Below, in pieces: positions 9,637 through 19,500 of a stretch of 64,000 bases of DNA; position 1 is the first letter of the stretch, and the number at the start of each line of letters is the position of its first letter. The position numbers and the translations under genes are program-made. A model generated the notes under the pieces. It worked only from the letters and a program-made list of their open reading frames with translations, was not told the DNA's origin and did not search any database. Source of the DNA: Candidatus Latescibacterota bacterium (GTDB lineage: Bacteria > Latescibacterota > UBA2968 > UBA8231); NCBI GenBank assembly GCA_965204725.1, contig OZ242005.1, positions 2,720,001-2,784,000 on the forward strand, in the 5' to 3' direction.

Positions 9637-11430
9637 ATGCCTGCATCCTACCCCCGCATTCCCTACGGCTGGGCCAATTTTCGCGCTATCCGCTTGGAAA
9701 ACCGCCTCTACGTCGATAAAACCCGCTTCGTCCACGCGCTTGAAGAGGAACGCTATGCCGTTTTGATTCGCCCCCGTCGCATGGGCAAGTCCTGCTGGGT
9801 ATCCCTGCTGGAAAATTACTACGACCGCCGCGGAGCCGACGAATTCGAGGCTGTCTTCGGCGGCACGGACTTGGGGCGGCAGCCAACGGCAAACCGCCAT
9901 CGCTACGTCGTGCTGCGCTTTGACTTTTCGACTTTTGACGACACCTTGGAAACCTTGCGGGCGCGCTTTGAGACGTACTGCCACTTGGAACTCAACCACG
10001 CACTAAGGCGAAACCGGGACCTGTTTCCCCCAGAGGCAATACAGCACATCCTCTCGCCGCCCTCCATTGACGCCAAACTCGCCGCCCTATTTCTCTACGC
10101 CGAAGACCGCAGCATTCCCCTGTACGTGCTCATCGACGAGTACGACAACTTTGCCAACACAGTGCTAGCCCATCACGGCGAAGCGGCTTATCAGTCGTTC
10201 ACCCACGGCGGCGGCTTCTACCGCAATTTCTTCGCCACCTTGAAGGCCGGAGCAGGGCGAAGCCGCGGCGGCCTAGAGCGGCTGTTCATCACCGGCGTAT
10301 CGCCGATTACCATGGACGACGTAACCAGCGGCTTCAACATCGGCAAGAACATCAGCTTGGAACCGGAGTTCAACGACCTGCTCGGCTTCACCCAAGGGGA
10401 GGTCCAAGCGTTGCTGGAAATGTACCGAGACTGTGGCGTGTTCAATCAGGAGGTCGAAGCCGCGCTGGCGGTGATGCGGGAATGGTACAATGGCTATCGC
10501 TTCGCCGAGGAGGCCGAGAGTGATCTCTACAATACCGACATGGTCCTCTATTTCCTCGACGGATCCATACCGAACAAACGGGGACCGCGGGAATTGATCG
10601 ACGCCAACGTGCGCATTGACTACGGCAAGTTGCGCCATCTGCTCACGGTCAACCGGCAACTCAACGGCAACTTCGACCTGCTCCGCCACATCATCGGCGA
10701 GCAGCAAGTGGACAGCGACATCCAAATCAGCTTCCCCCTAGACCGGCTCGACCGACGCGAAAACTTCCTGTCGCTGCTTTTTTATTTCGGCCTGCTCAGC
10801 ATTCGCGGGATGGCAAGTGGGGTACCCCGGCTGGGCATTCCCAATCAAACGGTCAAGCGGCTGATGTACGGCTACCTGCGCGACGCCTACGATGACGTGG
10901 GCGTGTTTTCCGTCGATGGGTACACCTTCTCCCGTCTAGTCCGTGCGATGGGTTACGACGGCACTTGGCAGCCAGTCCTCGATTTCCTGCGCGAGGCTCT
11001 CGTCGGGCAAACCGGCATTCGCGACTATCTCGATGGCGAGAAGGTCATTCACGGCTTTGTCGCCGCCCACTTCAGCATGGTGAACCACTTCCTGCTGCAC
11101 TCGGAATACGAACTGAACAAGGGGTACGCCGACCTGTACTTGGAGCCGTTTGTCGCCCAGTATCCCGACATGCGGTACGGCTACGTCCTAGAATTGAAGT
11201 ATCTCAAGCGGCACGAGCCTCTTGACGAGTGCCTGCTGGCGGCGAAATTGCGGGAGGCCGTGCAGCAGGTACGCGGCTACCTTGCGGACCCAAGTTTGCA
11301 GCACCGCTATCCGTCGGTGCGTCACATCGGTCTGGCGGTGGTGTTTCACGGCTGGGAGATGGTAGCCTACGAGGCGGTGGACGCCGACGCGGATTTACGC
11401 GGAACGGACCTATCTTTTCAAAGGAGCTAG
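9637..11430 (+). CDS. AAA-ATPase-like protein fused to a PD-(D/E)XK nuclease domain
   Basis: IPYG..NF..IR, YVDKT, RPRRMGKS, LIDEYDNF, FITGVSP; C-terminal GYADL...VLELK. Confidence 0.9.
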   Translation: MPASYPRIPYGWANFRAIRLENRLYVDKTRFVHALEEERYAVLIRPRRMGKSCWVSLLENYYDRRGADEFEAVFGGTDLGRQPTANRHRYVVLRFDFSTFDDTLETLRARFETYCHLELNHALRRNRDLFPPEAIQHILSPPSIDAKLAALFLYAEDRSIPLYVLIDEYDNFANTVLAHHGEAAYQSFTHGGGFYRNFFATLKAGAGRSRGGLERLFITGVSPITMDDVTSGFNIGKNISLEPEFNDLLGFTQGEVQALLEMYRDCGVFNQEVEAALAVMREWYNGYRFAEEAESDLYNTDMVLYFLDGSIPNKRGPRELIDANVRIDYGKLRHLLTVNRQLNGNFDLLRHIIGEQQVDSDIQISFPLDRLDRRENFLSLLFYFGLLSIRGMASGVPRLGIPNQTVKRLMYGYLRDAYDDVGVFSVDGYTFSRLVRAMGYDGTWQPVLDFLREALVGQTGIRDYLDGEKVIHGFVAAHFSMVNHFLLHSEYELNKGYADLYLEPFVAQYPDMRYGYVLELKYLKRHEPLDECLLAAKLREAVQQVRGYLADPSLQHRYPSVRHIGLAVVFHGWEMVAYEAVDADADLRGTDLSFQRS

Positions 11431-11432
11431 AC

Positions 11433-12245
11433 ATGCTGAGCAAGGAACAAGTAGCGCACTATCGCGAGCAAGGCTATCTCAAGGTGGCCCAGCTCTTCGC
11501 GCCCGAAGAGACCGCAGAGCTGGCCTCGGAGATGGTGCGGGTAATTGAGCAGTGGGGGCAAGAGTCCATCGGCTGGGTCGGCCCCTGGCGCGATCGCTAC
11601 CTCGACGAAGAGGAGCGGCTCAACACGCGGGCGGTCTTCATGCACAATCCGCATTTTTACTCGGCCGCTTGGGGTCGAGTCATTTTCCACGAGGCCATGA
11701 TCGCCTGCGTCCAGCAGCTCATCGACGGCCCCGTGCAATGGCACCACACGGTCCTGCACGCCAAGCCGCCGGAGAAAGGCACGCCCTTTCCCATGCACCA
11801 AGACTATCCGTTCTATCCGCACGACGGGCCGGATTTCGTGGACTGCTTGTTGCACTTAGACGACACGCCGCTAGAGAGCGGGGCGCTGATGGTCGTGCCG
11901 GGCAGCCACAAGCAAGGGCCACTAGAGCACGTGCTGGGGCCGGATACCGCGCCGCACCTGCCCCCGGCGCAGTACCATCCCGATCAGCTCGACAGCGTCG
12001 CCGTACCAGCGCAGCGCGGCGACATGATCTTCTTTAGCTACCAAGCGATCCACTGGTCGGATTGCAACCGCACGGACGCTTGGCGCAAGTCCGTGCGCTT
12101 TGGCTATCACAGCACGGCGCTGCGGCCGGTGGGACGCGCTGCGGACGATCCGCATCGCATCGACCCAGACAACGCGCTGGAGCGCAGCAACAACATCGTC
12201 GTGGCCGGGTTTCGGGAAAACGACGTCGAGCCAGCGGCGAGTTAG
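11433..12245 (+). CDS. Phytanoyl-CoA dioxygenase (PhyH) family Fe/2OG enzyme
   Basis: Y.EQGYL start, KPP, HQD...H facial triad, GAL.VVPGSH. RBS AAGGAG. Confidence 0.9.
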   Translation: MLSKEQVAHYREQGYLKVAQLFAPEETAELASEMVRVIEQWGQESIGWVGPWRDRYLDEEERLNTRAVFMHNPHFYSAAWGRVIFHEAMIACVQQLIDGPVQWHHTVLHAKPPEKGTPFPMHQDYPFYPHDGPDFVDCLLHLDDTPLESGALMVVPGSHKQGPLEHVLGPDTAPHLPPAQYHPDQLDSVAVPAQRGDMIFFSYQAIHWSDCNRTDAWRKSVRFGYHSTALRPVGRAADDPHRIDPDNALERSNNIVVAGFRENDVEPAAS

Positions 12246-12255
12246 GACGAGTCCG

Positions 12256-13302
12256 ATGACCGCAAAAGACGCCAGAGAAGTCGGCCTGCTGCAAGAGGCC
12301 AACGATGCCCTCGGGGACGGCACCGAGCTGCGGCGACGCCTTAGCGAACAAGGGTACATCTTCTTGCGGCAGGTTATGGCCAAGGACAAGCTGTTGGCCC
12401 TGCGGCAGGAGATGACGGAGGTGTTGATGGAGGCCGGGTGGTTGGTCGCCGGCACAAATCCCCTAGACGGCATTGCGCGGCTCGACGCCCAGTGTACCGA
12501 GGGCGATCCCGAATACGCCGAAGTCTATCACCGGGTGTACCGCTTGGAGGCCTTCCATCGAGCCGGGCATTGGCCGGAGGTCTTAGCCGTGCTGGAGCAA
12601 ATAGTCGGCAGCCCGGTGCTGCCGCATCCCCAGAAAATCGCCCGGCTGTGGTTTCCCCAATACACCGAGCACACCACGCCCATGCACCAAGACTTCGTCC
12701 ACTTCCAAGGCAGTTTCAACACCTATACTTTCTGGGCACCCGTGGGCGACTGCCCGCTGGAGTTAGGGGGGTTGGCCGTGCTGCCCAAGTCGCACGAGAT
12801 CGGCAAGGTGCGAGAGCATCACTTCTCATTGGGGGCCGGCGGCTTAGCGGTCAATGAATCCGAGTTGACCGGGCGTTGGCTCAGCGCGAATTACGAAGCG
12901 GGGGACGCGCTGATCTTTCCGAGCCTGACCGTCCATCAAGCCCTGCCCAATTACACGGCAGACCGCCTGCGCATTTCCCTCGACAACCGCTACCAAGCGC
13001 AGAACGAGCCGATTGCGCGGCACATGCTGGAGCCGCACCTGACGGGCGTTACCGGCTTTAACTGGGAAGCCTGCTACGCCGGCTGGCAAAGCAAGGCTCT
13101 GCAATACTATTGGCAAGACCTAGACCTGCAAGTGGTGCCGCAGTTGTCCCGCTGGGGGGATCAAGGGTTTGCCGAGGCCCTATCCCTCGCCCGGGCCGGC
13201 GACGAGCGGGCCTTATACCAACTGCGGCGCATTGCGCGACGCGATCCTGAGTCCGAGCGCGGCCAGCAGGCCATCCAGTTGCTCGAAGAAGTGGCCGCGT
13301 AA
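12256..13302 (+). CDS. Phytanoyl-CoA dioxygenase (PhyH) family protein
   Basis: L.EQGYIFLR, HQDFVH, GGLAVL..SH, VHQALPN, RISLDNRY. Confidence 0.88.
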   Translation: MTAKDAREVGLLQEANDALGDGTELRRRLSEQGYIFLRQVMAKDKLLALRQEMTEVLMEAGWLVAGTNPLDGIARLDAQCTEGDPEYAEVYHRVYRLEAFHRAGHWPEVLAVLEQIVGSPVLPHPQKIARLWFPQYTEHTTPMHQDFVHFQGSFNTYTFWAPVGDCPLELGGLAVLPKSHEIGKVREHHFSLGAGGLAVNESELTGRWLSANYEAGDALIFPSLTVHQALPNYTADRLRISLDNRYQAQNEPIARHMLEPHLTGVTGFNWEACYAGWQSKALQYYWQDLDLQVVPQLSRWGDQGFAEALSLARAGDERALYQLRRIARRDPESERGQQAIQLLEEVAA

Positions 13303-13332
13303 GCGACCGTTGCTTTGCCGTCAGGAGAAACC

Positions 13333-13434
13333 ATGCTCCTCCGCGAATGCAAACTTCCCGGCCGCAACGCAAATAAGCCGCGGCCGCACTTTGTCGATGC
13401 CGAACACTTCGACAGAGGTGAGCAGGGCCGTTGA
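13333..13434 (+). pseudogene. 33-codon ORF carrying a degenerate uxuA fragment
   Basis: AGGAGA RBS; MLLRECKLPGRNANKPRPHFVDAEHFD. Nucleotides 13362-13414 resemble uxuA 9357-9421 (RNVDKPLPHFVETFVDDGYFD) minus 12 bp. Confidence 0.6.
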
Positions 13435-13436
13435 CC

Positions 13437-14195
13437 ATGGCAGCCGATCCACGTGCCTGCGCGGTTGCTCGCGCCGTTGAGGAGGCCGTCCGTCCCGATA
13501 GAGTCATCCTGTTCGGCTCCCGTGCCCGGGGCGATTTTCGCCCGGATTCGGACATCGACCTGCTCATCGTCACCGGCCCCGGTCCGGTCGATCGGCGGGC
13601 CTATCAGCGCACCAGCGCGGCAGCCCACCACAAGGTCGAGGAACTGTACGACGAGCCGATGGGCGTCGATTTGGTTCACCTGAGCGAGGACGCCTTTCAC
13701 GATGGCCGCCGGGCACGCAACCACGTGGCCGGGCAAGCCGTCCGCGACGGCTTTGATGCCAATGGAGACAAAGTGAACTACGACAACCCAGCACCGACGA
13801 ATTGGCCCGACATCCGACAGCGCATTGCCAACGCCGAGCGGGAACTCCGCGTTCTGAACATCCTAGTGGAAGGAAACGCCGACCAAGAAGCCATCGGCTT
13901 CCACGCACAGCAGGCGATTGAGAACGCGCTCAAGGGCTGGATTTCTGCCCTCGACGACGACTACCGGAATACCCACGAATTGGGCAAGTTGGTCGCCATC
14001 GTCCGTCGGCATCCCCAAGAGGAGGACACGCCGGCCAGCGAACAACTGACGTGGCTGACCAGCTATGCGGTAGAATACCGCTATGAGGGGGCACAGGTGC
14101 AGATGGACGACCGCTTCGAGTTGCTCGCCGGCACCACTGAGACCGTGCAGGCCATCATCGACCGCATTCGCACATTGACCGAAACGGGTGAGTAG
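13437..14195 (+). CDS. MNT nucleotidyltransferase-HEPN fusion, copy 1
   Basis: LFGSRARGD..PDSDIDL (MNT); FHAQQAIE.ALK, RNTHEL, YAVEYRY (HEPN). Confidence 0.88.
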   Translation: MAADPRACAVARAVEEAVRPDRVILFGSRARGDFRPDSDIDLLIVTGPGPVDRRAYQRTSAAAHHKVEELYDEPMGVDLVHLSEDAFHDGRRARNHVAGQAVRDGFDANGDKVNYDNPAPTNWPDIRQRIANAERELRVLNILVEGNADQEAIGFHAQQAIENALKGWISALDDDYRNTHELGKLVAIVRRHPQEEDTPASEQLTWLTSYAVEYRYEGAQVQMDDRFELLAGTTETVQAIIDRIRTLTETGE

Positions 14196-14236
14196 CAGGA
14201 GCCGCGAGTGCTTCCGCACCGCAAGGACGGTTGACC

Positions 14237-15019
14237 ATGACAGTCACCCAATTCTATCCGCATCCCGACCCGCGTGCCTGCGCGGTTGCCCGCGCCGTTG
14301 AGGAGGCCGTCCGTCCCGATCGGGTCATCCTGTTCGGCTCCCGCGCCCGGGGCGACTTTCGCCCGGACTCGGACATCGACCTGCTCATCGTCACCGGCCC
14401 CGGTCCGGTCGATCGGCGGGCCTACCAGCGCACCAGCGCGGCTGCCCACCACAAGGTCGAGGAACTGTACGGCGAGCCGATGGGCGTCGATTTGGTTCAC
14501 CTGAGCGAGGACGCCTTTCACGATGGCCGCCGGGCGCGCAACCACGTGGCCGGGCAAGCCGTCCGCGACGGCTTTGACGCCAATGGAGACAAAGTGAACT
14601 ACGACAACCCAGCACCGACGAATTGGCCCGACATCCGACAGCGCATTGCCAACGCCGAGCGCAACCTCGCCGACATGGAGGTTCTCGTTGAGAATCCCCG
14701 TTCTTCGCAAGAAATCATCGGGTTTACCGCGCAGCAGGCGATTGAGAACGCGCTCAAGGGGTGGATTTCCGCCCTCGACGACGACTACCGGAACACCCAC
14801 GAATTGGGCAAGTTGGTCGCCATCATCCGTCGGCATCCCCAAGAGCGCGACACGCCGGCCGGCGAACAACTGACGTGGCTGACCAGCTATGCGGTAGAAT
14901 ACCGCTACGAAGGGGCACAGGTGCAGATGGACGACCGCTTCGAGTTGCTCGCCGGCATCACCGAGACCGTGCAGGCTATCATCGACCGCATTCGCACGCT
15001 GACCGAAACGGATGAATAG
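14237..15019 (+). CDS. MNT nucleotidyltransferase-HEPN fusion, copy 2
   Basis: Near-identical to copy 1 apart from an N-terminal indel, one internal segment and scattered substitutions. Confidence 0.88.
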   Translation: MTVTQFYPHPDPRACAVARAVEEAVRPDRVILFGSRARGDFRPDSDIDLLIVTGPGPVDRRAYQRTSAAAHHKVEELYGEPMGVDLVHLSEDAFHDGRRARNHVAGQAVRDGFDANGDKVNYDNPAPTNWPDIRQRIANAERNLADMEVLVENPRSSQEIIGFTAQQAIENALKGWISALDDDYRNTHELGKLVAIIRRHPQERDTPAGEQLTWLTSYAVEYRYEGAQVQMDDRFELLAGITETVQAIIDRIRTLTETDE

Positions 15020-15102
15020 GCTGTATTCGGCGCAGACGGTGCGCCCTTCCCCTGTTTGAGCCGAGGGCCGCTTAAAAACGGCCGTTTCCGAAAGAGGTTT
15101 CT

Positions 15103-16578
15103 ATGAAGGCAATTATGGTCATGTTCGACTCGCTCAACCGGCATCTGTTGCCGCCCTACGGCTGCGATTGGACGCACGCGCCCAATTTTCAGCGGCTCGC
15201 CGAGCGGGCACTCACCTTTGACACCAGCTACGTCTGCTCCATGCCGTGCATGCCGGCCCGCCGCGACTTGCACACCGGGCGACCCAACTTTCTCCACCGC
15301 TCTTGGGGGCCGCTAGAACCTTTCGACGACTCCACGCCGCGAATGCTGCGCGACGCCGGCGTCTCGTCGCACCTCATCAGCGACCATTATCACTACTGGG
15401 AGGCCGGCGGAGCCACCTATCACACCCAATACAACACTTGGCAGTTCTTCCGCGGCCAAGAGGGCGACCCGTGGATCGGGCAGGAGGCCGACCCACCGCC
15501 TGTAGAGGCGCACGGGGGCAATGCGGGACGCAGCATCTGGCATCGTCAAGATCGCGTCAACCGGCAATACATGCGTCGCGAGGAAGACCAACCCCAAACC
15601 CAGACCTTTAAGGCCGGCGTCGAGTTCATCCGCCGCAACCACGCAGAAGACAACTGGTTTTTGCAGATTGAAACCTTCGACCCGCACGAGCCGTTTTTCA
15701 CCCAGCGTCCATACCAAGACCTCTACCCAGAGCTTTTTAAGAACCGCTCCTCCCGGCTGTTCGACTGGCCGACCTATGGCCCCGTGACCGAAGAGCAAGC
15801 GCTCGTCGATCAATGCCGGGGGCACTACGCAGCACTGCTGAGCATGTGCGACGCCCGCCTCGGCGACATCCTCGACGAAATGGACCGGCTGGCGCTGTGG
15901 GACGACACCATGCTCATGGTGTGGACCGACCACGGCTTCCTGCTCGGCGAGCACGACCTGTGGGCCAAGGTGCAGATGCCTTGGTACCGAGAGCTGTCCA
16001 ACACGCCGTTCTTCGTCTGGGATCCGCGCTGTGGCCAAGCGGGCCAGCGGCGGCAGAGCTTGGTGCAGCCGTCCATCGACTTGGGGCCGACGCTGCTGGA
16101 CCTCTTTGGGCTGGAACCGACCGCGGACATGCTGGGCCAGAGCCTGCGCGAGGTCTGCGCCAGCGACTCACCCGGGCGCGAGGCCGCGATTTTCGGCAAC
16201 CACGGCGGACAGGTGAACGTCACCGATGGCCGCTACGTGTACATGCGCGCCCCCAGCCGACCCGACAACCAACCCCTGTACAACTACACGCTCATGCCCA
16301 CGCACATGCGCGACTTGTTCTCCGTCGATGAACTCGCCCACGTGGATCTAGCCGAGCCGTTTGGTTTTAGCAAAGGCTGTCGGCTGCTGCGGACGCAGGG
16401 ACACACGCGGACCAAGCAGCACGAGTACGGGACCCTGCTCTTTGACTTGGAGCAAGACCCGCGACAGGAGGCCCCGCTCGACGACGCGGCACTGGAGCAG
16501 CGGATGCAGGGGCTGTTGCGCGCACAGCTAGCAGCGTGCGAAGCACCGCCGGAGCAGTACGAGCGCTTGGGCTTGTAG
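15103..16578 (+). CDS. Sulfatase (formylglycine-dependent)
   Basis: FDSLNR, CMPAR (CxPxR), FDPHEPF, TDHG, LLFDL..DP. Confidence 0.92.
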   Translation: MKAIMVMFDSLNRHLLPPYGCDWTHAPNFQRLAERALTFDTSYVCSMPCMPARRDLHTGRPNFLHRSWGPLEPFDDSTPRMLRDAGVSSHLISDHYHYWEAGGATYHTQYNTWQFFRGQEGDPWIGQEADPPPVEAHGGNAGRSIWHRQDRVNRQYMRREEDQPQTQTFKAGVEFIRRNHAEDNWFLQIETFDPHEPFFTQRPYQDLYPELFKNRSSRLFDWPTYGPVTEEQALVDQCRGHYAALLSMCDARLGDILDEMDRLALWDDTMLMVWTDHGFLLGEHDLWAKVQMPWYRELSNTPFFVWDPRCGQAGQRRQSLVQPSIDLGPTLLDLFGLEPTADMLGQSLREVCASDSPGREAAIFGNHGGQVNVTDGRYVYMRAPSRPDNQPLYNYTLMPTHMRDLFSVDELAHVDLAEPFGFSKGCRLLRTQGHTRTKQHEYGTLLFDLEQDPRQEAPLDDAALEQRMQGLLRAQLAACEAPPEQYERLGL

Positions 16579-16599
16579 CACCCGAAAGGCCGTCGCAAA

Positions 16600-19500
16600 G
16601 TGATCTACGAGGCGCTACAAGGCTTTGCCGATGCAGTGCGCGCCAAAACGACGCAAGTGGCCGCGGGCGCGCCCGAAGACCAAGTGCGCGCTCCATTTGA
16701 GCGCTTTATGGGCGCAGTGGGCCGCGCTTGCGGCTGGGATGTCGTCTGCACCGGCGAAACGCCCCTGCCCGACCGTCTCGGTCGTCCAGATTACGCCATT
16801 CACCGCGATCAACTGCTCGCCGGCTACGTCGAGCTCAAGGCCCCCGGCGTCGGCGCGACCGCCACCCGGTTCAGGGGCCGCAACCGCGCGCAGTTCAAGC
16901 GGTTTTCGGCCATCCCCAACATCCTCTATACCGACGGCAACGAGTGGGTGCTGTACCGAGGCGGCCAACAAGTGCGAGGGTGCCGTCTCTCAGGCGATGT
17001 CGCCGCCGATGGCCGAGACGCCGCGGCGCCCCCAGACTCCCACGCGGTCGTAGCGCTCTTGCGCGATTTCCTCTCGTGGGAGCCCATCATCCCCAGCAAC
17101 CGCAACGGCACGATCCATCTCAAGGGCTTTGCCGCGCTGCTGGCTCCCCTGTGCCGCATGTTGCGCGACGACGTGACGGACGCGCTCAAAGCCCCCAATT
17201 CGCCCCTAGCGCAACTGGCCGGCGACTGGCGGCAACTGCTGTTCCCAGACGCTTCGGACGAGCAATTCGCGGATGCGTATGCCCAGACCGTTGCCTTCGC
17301 CCTGCTGTTGGGCCGCAGCGAAGGGGCGGACCCGCTCGCGCTCGAAAGCGCGGTGCAGGCCCTCGACGTCCAGCACAACCTATTGTCCCGGGCCGTGCAA
17401 ATTCTGACCGATCCCCAAGCCCGCACGGACATCACCGCCTCCCTCAATTTGCTGCTGCGCGTCATGGCCGTGGTGCCCTCCGCCATGCTCACCGGCCCCG
17501 AAGATCCGTGGCTCTACTTCTACGAGGACTTCCTCGCCGAGTACGATCCCAAGTTGCGCCGGGACGCGGGGGCCTACTACACCCCGGTGGAGGTCGTCCG
17601 CGCCCAAGTGCGCCTAATCGACGACTTGCTCGTGCGCCATCTCAAAAAGCCGCTCGGGTTTGCTGATCCCGGCGTCGTCACGCTCGATCCTGCGGTCGGA
17701 ACCGGAACCTATTTACTCGGCGTCATCGAACACGCCCTCGGCCGGGTCGAAACCGAGCAGGGGCCGGGGGCCGTGGCCGGTCAGGCCAGCACCCTCGCGC
17801 AAAACCTCTACGGCTTTGAACGAATGGTCGGCCCGTACGCGGTGAGCGAACTGCGCGTCAGCCGGGCACTGCGCGACCGCGGCGCCCAGTTGCCCTCAGA
17901 TGGCCCGCACGTGTACCTAACCGACACGCTCGAAAGCCCCCACGCGGAACCGCCCAACTTAGGGTTCTTCCTGCGGCCCATCGCCGACCAACGGGTCAAG
18001 GCCCTCAAAGTCAAAAGCGCAGTGCCGGTCATCGTCTGCCTCGGCAACCCGCCCTACGACCGCCACGAAGCGGCCACGCCGACCAACGGCGATCGCACCG
18101 GCTCTTGGGTGCGCTGGGGCGACAACGGGCAGGGCGAAGACGCCATCCTCCGCACCTTCCTCAACCCGGCCCTAGCCGCTAGACGCGGCGTCCACCTCAA
18201 GAATCTCTACAACCTCTACGTCTATTTCTGGCGTTGGGCCTTGTGGAAAGTCTTTGAACACGACACGGCGTGCGGCCCGGGGGTGGTCAGTTTTATCACG
18301 GCGTCGAGTTATCTCGATGGCGACGCCTTTTGTGGGATGCGCGAGCATATCCGGCGGCAGTGCGACGAGGTTTGGATTCTCGACTTGGGCGGCGAGGGGC
18401 GCGGTACGCGCCAAGACGACAATGTCTTTGCGATTCAGACGCCCGTGGCCATTGCGGTGGCCTTCCGCTCAAAAAAGGCGCGACCGGAACGACCCGCCGC
18501 GGTGCATTACACGCGCGTTGAAGGGACGCGCAGGGAAAAACTCGCCGCGCTCGACGCCATAGATCGCTTGGAGGACGTGGAGTGGCAGGCCTGTTCAGAC
18601 GACTGGCAGGCCCCATTCCGTCCGGCGGGCCAAGGAGCGTACTTTGGCTGGCCGTTGCTCACCGATCTCATGCCGTGGCAGCATTCGGGGGTGCAATTCA
18701 AGCGGACTTGGCCGATTGCACCGGACGAGGAGACGCTAAAACGACGCTGGCGCGGATTGTTGAATGCCAAGAATCGCGCCGAGGCATTCCGCGAGACCGG
18801 AGACCGTACCATCAATGGGACCTATCGCATCGCCCTGACAAAGTCGAGTGACTCAACGCCGATTGCCGAACTACCGAATAACGCGCCTCTTCCCGAAGTC
18901 CTAAGATGCGCGTATCGCTCTTTTGACCGCCATTACATCATCGCGGACGGTCGCTTGATGTCCCGCCCCCGCCCCGACCTGTGGCGCGTCCACAGCGAGC
19001 GGCAGGTGTATTTGACGACACTGCTGAACGATCCCCTAGGCCGAGGGCCAGCGGCAACCGCCTGTGCCCTAATGCCCGATCTGCATCACTTTTCGGGGCG
19101 GGGCGCGAAGGACACCATTCCCCTCTACCGCACGGCCGATGCCTCTCAGGCGAACTTGGCCCCCGGCCTGCTCAACGTCCTCGGCACGGCATACCAACGC
19201 AACATCGCGCCCGAACATTTCCTCGCGTACCTGTACGGCGTGCTGGCGCAGCCCGCCTTCACGGCGCGATTTGAGCAAGAATTGGCAACGCGCAAACGGT
19301 GCGTACCCATCACCAAGGATGCGGCACTGTTCGAGCAGGTCCGCAAGGTGGGAGCGCGGCTGTTGTGGCTGCACACCTATGGCGAGCGTTTTGTCCCCCA
19401 AGGCCAGACCAGCGGTCGCATTCCGCCGGGTGCGGCCAAATGCACCCAAGCCGTTCCCGGCGACGCCGAGGGCTATCCCGAAACATTCGCGTACGACGCA

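Larger units (their letters stand above)
13431..15019 (+). repeat. Tandem ~0.8-kb duplication of the MNT-HEPN gene
   Basis: Both units begin GTTGACCATG (ATG 13437 and 14237) and match almost base for base. Confidence 0.95.

Noticed and set aside
13431-15019. Diversity-generating retroelement TR/VR pair
   Set aside because: No reverse transcriptase, differences are not adenine-specific, and both copies are full genes.
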